Of a stretch of DNA of 64,000 bases, positions 1 to 12,304 are shown piece by piece. The DNA is from Felis catus (taxonomy: Eukaryota). The notes under the pieces are model-generated. The model was not told the origin of the DNA, did no database searches, and worked only from the letters and a program-made list of their open reading frames with translations. Numbering within the stretch: the stretch's first letter is position 1; each line of letters begins with the position of its first letter. Where the stretch lies: assembly GCF_018350175.1 (NCBI RefSeq), contig NC_058368.1, positions 206,338,001 through 206,402,000 on the forward strand. The letters run 5' to 3'. Position numbers and translations under genes: made by a program.

Positions 1-960
1 GCGTCTAGGCTGGCCTCTCAGCTGGACTGTAAACTCCTTTAAGGCAGGATCCCATTTTAATGCTATGAATTCCCGCCCAAGTCCTTCTCCCCGACCCCAG
101 TTTGTTTTACCTCGCGACTGAACGAGTCCCGCAGTCTCACGGGGCCTGATTTTGACTGCGCGCACCTCAACCTGCGCAGCCGCAGGTTGCCGTCGTCCGC
201 GCGCCTGACGCCCCCGACTGCTGCTAGAGGGCGCTCCGGGTCCGGGTGGCCCGGACTACAGATCCCAGAGGGTAATGGGGGTGGAGGCTACCGCAGCGAC
301 TTCTGGGATTTGTGGTCCCGGGAAAGGGACTGGCCGACCTTAAGGGCTTTGAGAGTCGCCTCTTCCCTACCCGCTTCTCTGAGCGGTTCCGACGCCTCGG
401 GTCGGCCAGGCCAGTTTCTTGAGAGACCTGGCATCAAAGGCAGGCAGGCAGGAGGTCGGGCATGTTAGTTTCCGCTTCCGGTCGGTAAAGGGCAAGCACA
501 ATGTAAACACGGGACCAGGGGCGTGGTCATTAGGTAACTGAGGGTACGCTGACCGTGGTGGAACCCCAGGAAGAGGAGGAAAACGAGGCTGGTGGGTCTT
601 GTGGTTAGGGGAGAAAGGACCTTCAGAAGTCGGAGTTGAGACGCGACGGAGGTGCGGCAGAGCCGGGACGCTAAGGTTGGTCTTTAGGGACGAGCATTTC
701 TAGGGGTCGGGCCCTCCCTTACACCAAGGCAGGAGCGGCTTCCGCGTTTCCACGGCGGCGGGTGCGGCTTTGACCTTCCCTTAACGGTGGGAGGAGCGGA
801 ACCAAGCTTGCTTCCCACCTCTGGTTGAGCGTGTCTGCGGCTGCTGGCGGCCTGGTGGACTCGCGGGGGACGTCCAGGGCAGCCTTTATGAGCTTCGCAT
901 ATCTTTATTGTTTTGGAAACGAGAGGAACTTAGTAATACAAGTTTCTCTCGCGCGGTGAC
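1..960 (+). promoter_or_regulatory. TTC33: CpG-island promoter of TTC33
   Basis: GC- and CpG-rich segment in an AT-rich background, about 4 kb upstream of the first coding exon. Contains ACTACAnnTCCCA motifs (255-268 and inverted 303-316), tandem ETS-type TTCCG sites (469-482), TGCGCGCA (157-164) and a GC box (518-526). Confidence 0.85.
470..651 (+). other. TTC33: Probable non-coding exon 1 of TTC33 (boundaries uncertain)
   Basis: The ATG exon starts only 1 nt after an acceptor, so an upstream exon is required. Candidate donors are TAG|GTAACT (533/534) and GAG|GTGCGG (651/652). TSS is inferred near the ETS sites. Confidence 0.45.
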
Positions 961-3528
961 ATTTTCGGGTAAATTGCTTCTTGAATCTCTCACCTCTGAA
1001 TACATCCCGATACCCGAAGGATCCTGTTTTGATTTCCTAATGGTGTTCATCTAGTGGTTTCTCGCCTTAGGTGCTGCCTCCTCCTATGCAGTGAAGACAG
1101 GCATTCTCGGTTTGTGGTTGGATAAACTGTCCAGCCGACAACAGTAACTGAATGCCTACTGTAGAGATCATTGAACCAGCAAAAGAATTTAGAACACAAC
1201 ATTGTTGTTTAGAGTTTCATGGCATTCATTAACTATGACCCTATGTAAAATAAATTTATGTTTCATGAGTTTAACGTGAAACCTCTGTGATTATGGTTTA
1301 CCCATATGGTTTCTTATCCGGGTGAAAAAACGTGAAGGCTAAGATGTTGGCGCCTTGTGCATCTAACTATAGATTCAGGAAAACCTTATTTATAAGAAGC
1401 TTTAATTTCATGTTCAGATATCCTTAGAGGAACAGCAAACTAGTACTAATTAAGACACCTTAATACCTGAGTATTAAGTTTTTCAGGATAGAAACTGTTT
1501 TGCATGTGTCCTAGGACTAACCCGACTTTTATTTTTGAAAACCTGTCAGCCTCCCCTCCAGGAAGCCTCAAGAGTCTCCACTGAAGTCATAGTATCCTAT
1601 TTTGTTTACTCTCCAGTAGCACTTATCCTGGAGTGGATTGACTATACCCTTGTCTCCAGACAGTTGAAGAAAATACAAAACTGTGCTAATGGCCCTTGGT
1701 AACAGATTCAGTGGATTTTAACCTCAGTGGCCCTTGATACTGTTTGGTATCTTTATTCATCCCTCATTGTTGATTTTCCTATCTTCCCATTCTCTCTAGT
1801 GACTCAGAACTTTTCTTCTCAAGTACTCAGATCTGTTTCTTTTCCCTTTACTTGGAGCCAATGACTAGCCATCTATTTCTCTGGGAAATTTGAAGCTTGG
1901 GGTATGAAATCCTTCATTGTCTTTTCCCTCTACCCCTGAACTTGTCTGTACTTTTCACTCAGTATGAACTCTTGTTTGAGAGGAATGTATTCTTTTCACT
2001 CTCTTCAAGGCTAAACTTGTCAGTTACTAACAGTCATCGGGCCTTTTATACCCTGTAACCTCATTCTCTCCTGATCTCCACAGCCTCTGGTCTCTAGAAG
2101 AGCTTAAAGCATTTGTGGAGGAAAGTGGCAGAAACACCTGAGGCAGTGCTGTGCATGGCTTTTCACACATGCTTGAGAACCACCATCTGGGGACTTAGCC
2201 TATACCTGTCTTTGACATTTAGAACAATGGTTCAGGTTGGAGATAGGGGATGGTAATGGGAGTCTGATTACCCATTAATTTTTAAAAAATATATTTGGGT
2301 CTCTCTGTTCCTTTTTCCTTTCCTCGCCACCTTAAACCCTGCTTCCAATAATATATAGACCTGACTGATGATTTCTAATGTAATTTGACATTAGTGAATA
2401 CACCAGACTTTCCTCTGTTAACAGGGTTCCCACAGTACCTGGTTCCTCACATTGCTGCTTTAGGAACAGAGTTCATTTGGAAACTTGAAGGCAGGTAATG
2501 TATTCATCCTCATTCTTGTCACTTTTAGGGACAGTCATAAATACAAGAGTTCTTCTTGATATCCTGATGTCTTATGAGACCTTCCTAATGATTTGTTTTC
2601 TGACATTGTTTTCATTTTGTGCCTCTGGCCTTCTTTTCCATAGTAACCACACTTCATTTTCAGCCATTTCTTGGTTCTTCCCCTAAGTTACTTATAGTCA
2701 TCTTCAAACATAGGAAACTCATTCTTCTCTATTATAACGGGTCTGGGTAGAGAGTCTGGCATTATCCTGATTTCCTAGTATAGCTTATAATACATTACTA
2801 CTCTGGGTTGTTTTTTGTTTTTTTTTTTTTAAATAATCCCTGCTCCAGGGGAGAATATGTGGTTCCCCATATCTGCTTGTGCATTTCTTGATCGCAATAA
2901 TTTATTGAGACTTCCTTGTATTCATTAGAAACTTAGGCACATGACCTATAATCTTCTCATCCCTACAAGTTCTGCCATTATCTTAGGCCTTTCCATGTGA
3001 ATAACCTCATAGTTACCTTTACTTTTTTGTCCCCTCCCTTCTATTGATTACTTATATTTCATTTCAGCCATGTGCCTCAGTGATGAAGACCTTGACACCT
3101 GGTAGAACTTACTCATTATTTCGTTTCTCTTCTTCCTTTACTCCTCGAATGCCCATTATTTGATAATTTTATAAAAACATCTGCTTCATTGCTTTTCTTT
3201 ATCCCCCTGGTTGATTACTCAGTTGATCATAATCTCTTTGGAGTTATGGAGTCCCTTGAGAATGGAATGAAAGTTTAGACACTCTTCTCCAGAAAACACA
3301 CAGACATAACAGAAATTTATATGCCTTTCCAGGAGTTTCTCAGTATCTTTAAGCTCATCCATATAATTAGTAAGAGTTCTTGGATCTCATCATAAATTCC
3401 TTCTGTAAATAAATACTTGTTGAATGCTTTTATGGTTTTCTTTAATTTTGTTCCATCAATTGTCCTCTCTTATCCTTTACATTTGTGTATCATTGCTGAT
3501 ATACAAAACAGTTTAACATTTGTTATTT

Positions 3529-3743
3529 AAAATTTTTTTTTAATGTTTTATTTATTTTTGAGAGAGAGAGGGCCAGAGGGCCAGAGGGGAAGAGGCAGAG
3601 AGAGAGGGAGACACAATCTGAAGCAGGCTCTAGGTTCTGAGCTATCAGCACAGGGCCCAGAGTGGGGCTCGAACCCACGAACTGTGAGATCATGACCTGA
3701 GCTAAAGTCAGGTGCTCAACTGACTGAGCCATCCAGGTGCCCC
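3529..3743 (-). mobile_element. Carnivore SINE (SINEC/Can-SINE)
   Basis: tRNA-derived head, (CT)n tract, A-tail. TSD taacatttgttattt at 3514-3528 and 3744-3758. Confidence 0.93.
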
Positions 3744-4624
3744 TAACATTTGTTATTTTTTTAGATTTACCCAATAGTTCTTTGAATTAAGTTATATACC
3801 AAGTTTGACTCTTAAAACTTTTTATTGTGAAAAATTTCAAACGTGTATGAGAGAGGAAAGTGCAAGGAATCCTCTGTGCATATCACCTAACTGTATCTAT
3901 TATCAGCTCAGAGCAATGTTTTCATCTGTATTTCTCCTGTGTTGTACCCTGCCCCCTCTGGTGATCACTTTGAAACAATTTCTAGATATCATAGGATTCC
4001 ATGTGAAATATTTTAGTAAACATTCCTAAAAGATAATAGTACTGTAATTATGTTTATAGCAAGAATGCTTATCTTTTTGTTATAAACATAATTACAGTAC
4101 TATTATCAGACCTTAAAAAAGAGCAGTAATTTTTTAATACCATCAAGTATCAAATCAGTGTTCCGATTTTCCCTATTATTTCCTAAATGTTTCCTCCCAA
4201 TTGGCTTGCTTGAATCCAGAGCTAAACAAAACCCATGCATTATATTTGGTTATTAAATCTTTGAAGTCTCTTTTTACCTCCATCTTTCTCTGTCTGTCTC
4301 TCTCTGTCTCTCTCTCTCTCTCTGCTTTCCTGGAAGTTTATTTCCTGAAGAAACCAGTTTTATTTTTTAGTTTTTGTTATTTGCTGTCTGCATCTCTGGC
4401 ATGTTATTTAGCACGCTCATCTGCATTCCGTATTTTCTATAAACTGGTAGAATTTGTTAGACTTGATCTGATTCAGGATTAATTTTTGGCAAGGATACTT
4501 CATGGGTAGTATGCCACTTCCAACAGGAGATACTTACTGACCAGTTGTGTTCCTTTGTGATGTTAGCACCCTTTGTTGATTATTGCCTTGATCCATTATT
4601 TAGAGTTTAAAAAGTGGTGACAGT

Positions 4625-5001
4625 TAAGCATCTCTTTTTTTTCTTTTAATGTTTTATTTTTCTTTTTGAGAGAGAGCGAGTGTGAGCAGGAGAGGGACAG
4701 AGAGAGAGGGCGATAGAGGATCCAGAGTGGGCCCTGAACTAATAGCAGAGAGCCCAATGACGGGTTCGAACTCATGAATGGTGAAATCCTGACCTGAGCC
4801 CAAGTTGGACGCTTAGCTGACTGAGCCACCCAGGCTCCCCAAGTGTTTGACTTTTGATTTCAGCTCAGGTCAGGATCTCACAGTCAGTTGTGAGATCAAG
4901 GTGTGAGATCGAAGCCTGCCTGCTTGGAATTCTCTTTCTCCCTTTCCCCGTCCCCTGCATGTGTGCTCTCTCAAAACAAAACAAACCAAAACAACAACAA
5001 A
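4625..5001. mobile_element. Two abutting head-to-head SINEC copies (- 4635-4840, + 4841-5001)
   Basis: Both show SINE body and tail. Outer duplication aaaaa(g/c)tggtgacagt at 4609-4624 and 5002-5017. Confidence 0.8.
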
Positions 5002-5109
5002 AAAAACTGGTGACAGTCTGATTCTCTCATCTGTCTTCACCTATCATTTGTAATACTTCTCTAAAGGCCAAATTTGAATTTTAAAGTTGTTTGTTTGTAA
5101 TTTTCCAGA

Positions 5110-5330
5110 ATGGCTTCCTTTGGATGGAAGAGAAGAATTGGGGAGAAGGTCTCAAAGGTCACTTCACAGCAGTTTGAAGCTGAAGCTGCTGATGAGAAGG
5201 ATGTAGTGGAGAATGAAGAAGGGAGCTGGCTTCATGCGGTTAAACGCAGGAAAGAAAGTCTCCTCGAGGGCTGTGTTGAGAAAAGTAAGCAGCTGAAGGA
5301 TGAAGGAGCCAGTTTGGTTGAAAATAAAAG
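5110..5330 (+). CDS. TTC33: TTC33 coding exon 1 (tetratricopeptide repeat protein 33, N-terminus)
   Basis: Acceptor ttttccag|A at 5108/5109, ATG at 5110, MASFGWKRRIGEKVSKVTSQQFEAEAADEKD...ENK, donor AAG|GTATGT at 5330/5331. 221 nt, ends in phase 2. Confidence 0.96.
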
Positions 5331-6247
5331 GTATGTTTTTGGAGTTTTCTTACGGAGAACAGTTTACATTTCTGACTGCCAGTAATGAGATGAAGAGTTA
5401 TGAATTCTATAAATTTATGTTTTAAAAATCTGATCTAGCTGCTACATTCATCAAATAAATAAGTTTCAAAGACATATTTCAGCATTCCCATGGAATCTGA
5501 AAGTTTGTAGAAGAGTCTTCAAGATACTTGTAATGTCTGCTTTTGCCATCATTTTTGTTCTGTCTAAATAAGGGTGTATGCTAAATGAAATGTAATGCAA
5601 ATTATTGCTTGATAGGAGATAGTTTAATTTCTGGAATCTTTCTCTTTGTGTTATTATATACCAGATATATTAGATGTTTCTTGAAGGGTTTTGAGGACAT
5701 GTACTTTTTTGTTTTTTTAAATAGATGTTCAGTTATCCTTTGCCATTGGCTTTTATATACTTCAGTAAATATGGTTGGTGCACAGGAATTTGACAGTAGT
5801 TTCATTTATCCTCAGCCCTATCCTCAGCTAAGCTCTTATACTCTTCTGTTTACCCTTTACCCTTTTCTTTTTTCCTTTTTTCCCTTTCCTCTTTTTCCCT
5901 TTTTTCCCTTTCCTCTTTTTCCTATTCTCTTATTCCTTTTCCCCTGCCTCTGCTTAGGTCTTTCAGTGGGACCAAAAATCATTCTTTCACAAATCAGTGG
6001 GGAGAGGACCCATTGGTTAGTAGATTGTGTAGAAAAAGCTAGAAGTTTATATATGGGAAAACACAATTCTATATGTAGGAAAATAAAATACATAAGAAAA
6101 CAAAATATATATAAAAAATGTATCTAATACCACATACAAAGATGGACTCCAGAGAGATAGAAAATCTCAATGTGAAATGTAAAACTTACACAGTTAACGA
6201 AAGAAAATATAGAAGGGTAGCTTTATAACCTAGAGGCAGGAAAGGAC

Positions 6248-6267
6248 TTTTTTTTTTTTTTTTAAGT

Positions 6268-6299
<32 letters not shown>

Positions 6300-9200
6300 A
6301 ATGAGAGAGAGCATGTGTGCATGCACAGGCAGGGGAGGGACAGAGAGGAGAGACAGAATCCCAAGCAGGTTCCTCACCATCAGCACAGAACCTGATGCAG
6401 GACTTGAACTCACAAACTGTGAGATCATGACTTGAATTGAGATCAAGAGTTGGACGCTTAACCAACTGTGCCACCCAGGTGCCCCACAACATTTTTATTT
6501 TTTGAAATTTCAGTTCTATATTAGAGTCGAAAGAAGCTCAACCCCCCCTGTATTTCCTCTTATCTAGACTCAAAATTTCCAATAATTGCTTTAGTTATCT
6601 TTCTGTACGTAAATATGCACACACTGACATACATAGTTGTATATTTCCAGTTTTTTTGGTGATCTATTTGAAAATAAGTTGTAAACATAATGACACCTCT
6701 CTCCTAATTTAGCATGCTTCTTATAAGAATAAAGATATGCTTGGGGCTCCTGGCTGGCTCCCTTGGTGGAGCATGTTGCTCTTTATCTTGATCTTGGTCA
6801 TGAGTTCAAGCCCCACATTGGGCATGGAGACTACTTCAAGAAAGAATAAGGAAATTCTTTTATTAAACACAATAACTGTTAACTCTATGAATGTTAACAT
6901 TCCTATAAACTAATATGCAGCCCATATTTAGTTTTTTCTAATTTTCACTGAAACGTCTTTTACAATATTTTTTAAAAACCAGGATCCAATCAGAGTTCAT
7001 AAGTTTCATTTGGCGATTATATCTCTTTAGTGTTTATGTAGGTCCTCTACTGTATCCCCCATGATAATGACTTTTTGAAGAGTCTAGACGAATTTTCTAT
7101 TTGATTGTTCCTTTATGGATGTCATTTAACTTGTTTCTCTTTCTCACATGTTTCTTGTAAACTGAGGTGTGGAGGTTTGATTTAGATTCTGAGTAACCTT
7201 TTTGGCAAGAATACTTAAGAGTTATGTTTGTGCTTTCTATTGCATCATATTGGGAGATAAATAATAGCAGGTTGTTAGCAATGCGGCTGTTTGAAAGACA
7301 TCATGCCTGTGTCAGTCAGTTTGCTGTGTTTAATATCTGCCGAAAGTCGTATTTTTATAAAATTTTGAAACATTTATCCTTAGTGAAGGAAATACATCGT
7401 ATTAAGAGAATTAATCAGCATGAAGACTGTTGTTTTATTTGCACTATGGATATGATTTTGAGAAGATGTATGGTCAGCAGTAGTATCTGAATAGGTCTTT
7501 GTTTAGGACGGAATATTCTTCAGATCATCCAGAGATCTAAAGTCAGGTCTGTGTGCCTTTGGTATCTTCCATGTGATAAAGAAGAATTTGAGAAATTAAA
7601 AGAAGTAGTACTGAGCAAAAAGCAAATTTCTTTTCTTTGCTCTTTTTTTCTTCTTTCTTAATTAAATTTTGTCAGGGTGGTTATAAGATTCCTTGTTAAT
7701 CATTTTTTTAAAAATATTTTTTAACATCTATTCATTTTTGAGAGTGAGAGAGACAGAGCATGAGCAGGGGAGGGGCAGAGAGAGAGGGAGACACAGAATC
7801 TGAAGTAGGCTCCAGGCTCCTAGCTGCCAGCACAGAGTCCGCTGTGGCGCTCGAACTCACGTACTGCGAGATCGTGACCTGAGCCGAAGTCGGATGCTTA
7901 ACCGACTGAGCCACCCAGGCACCCCCTTGTTAATCATTTTTTGTCATGAATGAGTCAGAGTTGAGGAAGCAGCATTTTAGTGTCTAGGTCTGTTTTTATT
8001 TTAGATTCTTGGAGTAGTCTTTTATTACTATATTTTAATATAAAATATCAAAAGGTGCCTAAACTATAGTATGTTAGCACCTCAAATTGGAAATGAGATA
8101 GAAAATAAATAACAGTCAAGGACAATTAACAGCTTAACAGTCTAGTGTTACTTTGTGAATTCTCATTTGTGGTATTTTAGCCATAAAAACTTTTTCTTTT
8201 GTAGAACTTTGCAAGATTGACCATTCTGTCTTAGTCAGAAGAAACCAACTATAAATTTTCCACATTTATGAAATCATTTGCAGAACATCCATAAAACATC
8301 TTTAGAAATTCCTGTAAATGCCTGTTAAAAGTTCATTAACTTTGTTTTTGCCTTTTTCTCTAGACCACACTAGTGCAGAAGGGAAAAGCTATTCAGTTAT
8401 TGCCATGGGAGTCCCTGTGAATTTCCTGTGGTAGAGGAGAGCTATCCACTGTGTAGATAAACACAATAACTCTTGTTTTCTGCCTGCATGTCAAAACATT
8501 GAGTCATTTCACCAAAATCAGCTGGGTTGGATGCTTTATTTTGAATGGAGAACACGGTGAGATGATTAAGTTTTTTGCTGGTTAGCATTTGTTTTAGAGT
8601 ATACATACACAGCTTAGGAGAGAACTAAACAGAATAAAAAGAATCTAGTGGAATTGAATGGTTTGGCTACTCTATGCCAAAACTAAATAAAAATAATACT
8701 TTAAAAATATCTGAAATAAAAAGCATACATAAGATAATGTTAAACTTCATTTAAGTAATATGAGGAATAAAAAAAATAAGGAGGGACAGTGAAGCTAAAT
8801 TAAACAACAATAACCACAACCCCCCCAGTCCCTGTCTTTGAATCAGCTTAATCTTTAAGCATTCTCATTTTTACTACATTTTAGTCACACCAGCCTTCCT
8901 TGGGTTTTTGAACACAGTTCTGATACAGCTTTGTCTCCTGACACCTCTGTCTGAAAAGCTCTTGTCTTCTGTTTTCTGATGTCTGTCTTCTTGTCCTTCT
9001 GATCTCTGCGCACATGTTTTCATCTCTCTGAGCCCCTCTCTGGGCATCCAGTTGGAAGTAGTACCCCCAGGTCCCCTTGGTCTTTAATCACATGAACCTT
9101 TTTTGTTAGCATTTCTCCCTTTTTGAAGTTACCTTATACACTTATTTAGCTATTTGCTCATATGTTATCTGTTTCTCTTCTGTAGGAATGTGAGTTCCAG

Positions 9201-9580
9201 GACAGTAGGGACTTTGTGTGACTTTTCTATAATATCTTCAGCACTTAGAACAATTTGTGGCACCTACCAGACCCCCAGTCAATATATGTTAAATATTTAT
9301 AAAACTACATTTTATTTGCTATATTGTGGCCATATAGGTGTTTTGTGGGTTAACTACCATTTGTTTAATTGTATCTATAGGAATATACATTTGTAAAAAA
9401 ATATTTATTTATTTTGAGAGAGGGAGCATGTGCATGAGCAGGGAGAGGGGCAGAGAGAGGAGGGAGAGAGAATCCAATCCCTGTCAGCGTAGAGCCTGAT
9501 GTGGGGCTCAATTTCACGAACTTTGAGATCATGATCTGAACTGAAATCAAGTTAGATGCTTAAGGACTAAGCCACCCAGG
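6248..9580. mobile_element. Dispersed SINEC copies: 6248-6485 (-, (GTTA)n tail), 6743-6843 (+, short old type), 7709-7924 (-), 9393-9580 (-)
   Basis: ggggc(a/g)cctgggtggctcag head and (GA)n/poly-T tails, several with TSDs such as ccttgttaatcattttt. Confidence 0.88.
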
Positions 9581-10561
9581 CTATAGGAATGTACATTTTT
9601 AAACTCCAAATTAGAACACAGTATTTTATTTTTTATTTCATATCCCAGCCCCAAAGGGCCTTTGGGATTAGAAGTTTCCTACCCTCCTCTTGCATGAGAA
9701 TATGGCACTTGAGGATCATTGCTCTTTTCTGAGTCTCATTTCTTTCCTCATAACCCACACTTCTCCCTATTATATCATCCTCTGGGAAACCAGATGGATC
9801 CTAGTGTCTTGCTGAATTCAGGAGCTGGAGACGGGGTTTTAGAGAGGCTGAGGCAGCTAGAAGTTGTGGAGCAGAGTACCAGAGAAGAGGGGGCTCCTCA
9901 GAGGAAGTGCTCTAGAAATCTGTACGAGGTCCCCTGTATTTGTTGAACGTTAAGCCATTCAGCTATGGGGGAAATTCCACAAGTCCAGCAAACTGACTGG
10001 GGAGTTGTAAGCTGAATCATTCCAGAGTTCATACAGAGCAGAGAGACATTCAAGCTTCATCCACAGAGTGGAGAGTCTTTGGTGGTCACCGGTGACATTC
10101 ACTAAAGTCCCCAAAGGAGATATGCCATACTAGAACAACTATACTATCCCTGGAGGGAGGGGTATGATAGACCTTCCCTAGCAGAGCTCAAAAACAGGTT
10201 TTGAAAGGTTTCAACTCATATAGAAGTTATTTAAATGCCTGCCATAGTAGTCAAAAATTTCCAGTCAGCTGCATAACATTTACAAATAGCTAGCATTTGG
10301 TGAAAAATTACTAGACATGCTGAGGAGGAGAAAATTGACTTGTAAACAGGAGAAAAACCAACTGACAGAAACAGATTCAGAAATGAGATAGATGATGGAA
10401 ATAGCAGATGAAGACTTTACAGTGGTAATATAACTGTTCAAATACTTAAAAGGAAACATGAACCTCATCAGGAGTGAAATGAAAGATAAACAAATGGCAC
10501 ACCTAGAGGTGAAAGATACAGTATCCAAAATAAAAATACACTTAATGGTATTAACAGCTAT

Positions 10562-10930
10562 GCTAGTTGAGTCCTTTGACAAGCAGATGCCAAGAGCAGA
10601 TTAAGTATGCAAAGATTTTATTAGCGGAAACATCTGAATGAAAGAAAATGGGAGGGGAGCTGGGTTATTTGGGAGAGCCATCAGACCACGGTGTCTGACC
10701 CGGAGTGAAAGAGAAAAAGAAGGATATTTGAGTGGAAGCATCTTAGGCAAGACCTTGGGTACTCTTCCAAGTCCAGGTCATCTATAAGGGAAGTCCCACG
10801 GCCTCCAGCGAATGGGCCCATCTTACTGTCACCTGCTATTCTCAGTCAGTGCGGGGAACAGCCCATGGGAAACATCCTTGCTGCAGATGTGGCTGTGGAT
10901 TTCAAAGTGTAACAGCGAAGGTGAAGGTCC
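10562..10930. mobile_element. ERVL LTR16-like solo LTR fragment inside the L1
   Basis: Motifs gcagatgccaaga...gcaaagattttatt...gggagagccatcagacc resemble the LTR16A-type consensus as recalled. Confidence 0.5.
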
Positions 10931-11710
10931 AGTTAAGGTAATAGGATGACATTTTTAAGGTTCTGAAAGAAAATAAAATTATCGGCTTAGAATTATATAT
11001 GCCACAAAAAATATCTTTCAAAAATAAAGGCAAATGCGCCTGGGCAGCTCAGTCAGTTAAGCGTCCAGCTCGTGGTTTCAGCTCAGGTCATGATCTCACG
11101 GTTTGTGAGATTGAGCTCCACGCAGGGCTCTGCACTGACAGCATGGAGCCTGACAACAGGGATTCTCTCTCCCTCTCTCTTGGCCCCTCCCTTGCACTCT
11201 CTCCCTCTCTCTCAAAATAAATAAACTTAAAAAAATTAAAATAAGGCAAAGTAACTTTATCAAACAAAAGCTGAAGTAACTCATTGCCAATAAGCCTACG
11301 CTTCAAAAAATATTAAAAGAAACTCTTCAGGGGGAAGAAAATGGTATGAAATGAAATTTGTATCTAAACAGAGCAATAAGGGGGCACCTGGGTGGCTCAG
11401 TTGGTTAAGCGTCCAACTTCGGCTCAGGTCATGATCTTGAGGTTTGTGAGTTCAAGCCCTGTGTCAGACTCTGTGTTGACAGCTTGCTCAGAGCTGGAGC
11501 CTGCTCCAGATTCTGTCTCCCTTTCTCTCTGCCCCTCTCCCGCTCACATTCTGTCTCTGTCTCTCTCAAAAATAAATAAACATTAAAAAAATTTTTGAAA
11601 CAGAAGAATAATGGGTGCTAGAAATGATAAATAAACATGGGTAAGTATGAAGACTTTTTAAGTTTTAGAATTCTTTTAAAGGATAATTGATTTTAAAAAA
11701 CTAGCAACAT

Positions 11711-12304
11711 GTTCCTCAAAAAACTAAAACTAGAACTACCCTACGACCCAGTGATTGCATTACTAGGCGTTTATCTAAGGGATACAGCTGTGCTCTTTCG
11801 AAGGGACACGTGCACCCCCATGTTTATAGCAGCACTATCAACAATAGCCAAAGTATGGAAAGATCCCAAATGTCCATCGATGGATGAATGGATAAAGAAG
11901 ATGTGGTATATATATACAATGGAGTATTACTCGGCAATCAAAAAAAGAATGAAATCTTGCCATTTGCAACTACGTGGATGGAACCGGAGGGTATTATGCT
12001 AAGCAAAATTAGTCAGAGAAAGACAAATATCATATGACTCCACCCATATGAGGACTTTAAGAGACAAAACAGATGAACATAAGGGAAGGGAAACAAAAAG
12101 AATATAAAAACAGGGAGGGGAACAAAACAGAAGAGACTCAAATATGGAGAACAAACTGAGGGTCACGGGAGGGGTAGTGGGAGGGGGGATGGGCTAAATG
12201 GGTAAGGGGCACTAAGGAATCTACTCCTGAAATCAGTGTTGCCCTATATGCTAACTAATTTGGATGTAAATTTACAAAAATAAATAAAATTTAAAAAATA
12301 AATT
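11711..12304 (+). mobile_element. 5'-truncated younger carnivore/felid L1 (ORF2 C-terminus, 3' UTR, A-tail)
   Basis: FLKKLKLELPYDPVIALLG...CTPMFIAALSTIAKVWKDPKCPSMDEWIKKMWYIYTMEYYSAIKK, G-rich 3' UTR, TSD aaact(a/g)gcaacat at 11698-11710 and 12305-12317. Confidence 0.92.

Noticed and set aside
187..468. 93-aa ORF in the CpG island
   Set aside because: Non-ATG start, GC-driven Pro/Gly/Arg composition, overlaps promoter motifs.
5585..6127. 180-aa ORF with FPF-rich segment
   Set aside because: Intronic, explained by the pyrimidine tract and an L1-like remnant, no recognisable domain.
11709..12002. 97-aa ORF resembling a real protein
   Set aside because: Frameshifted L1 ORF2 C-terminal fragment, not a host gene.
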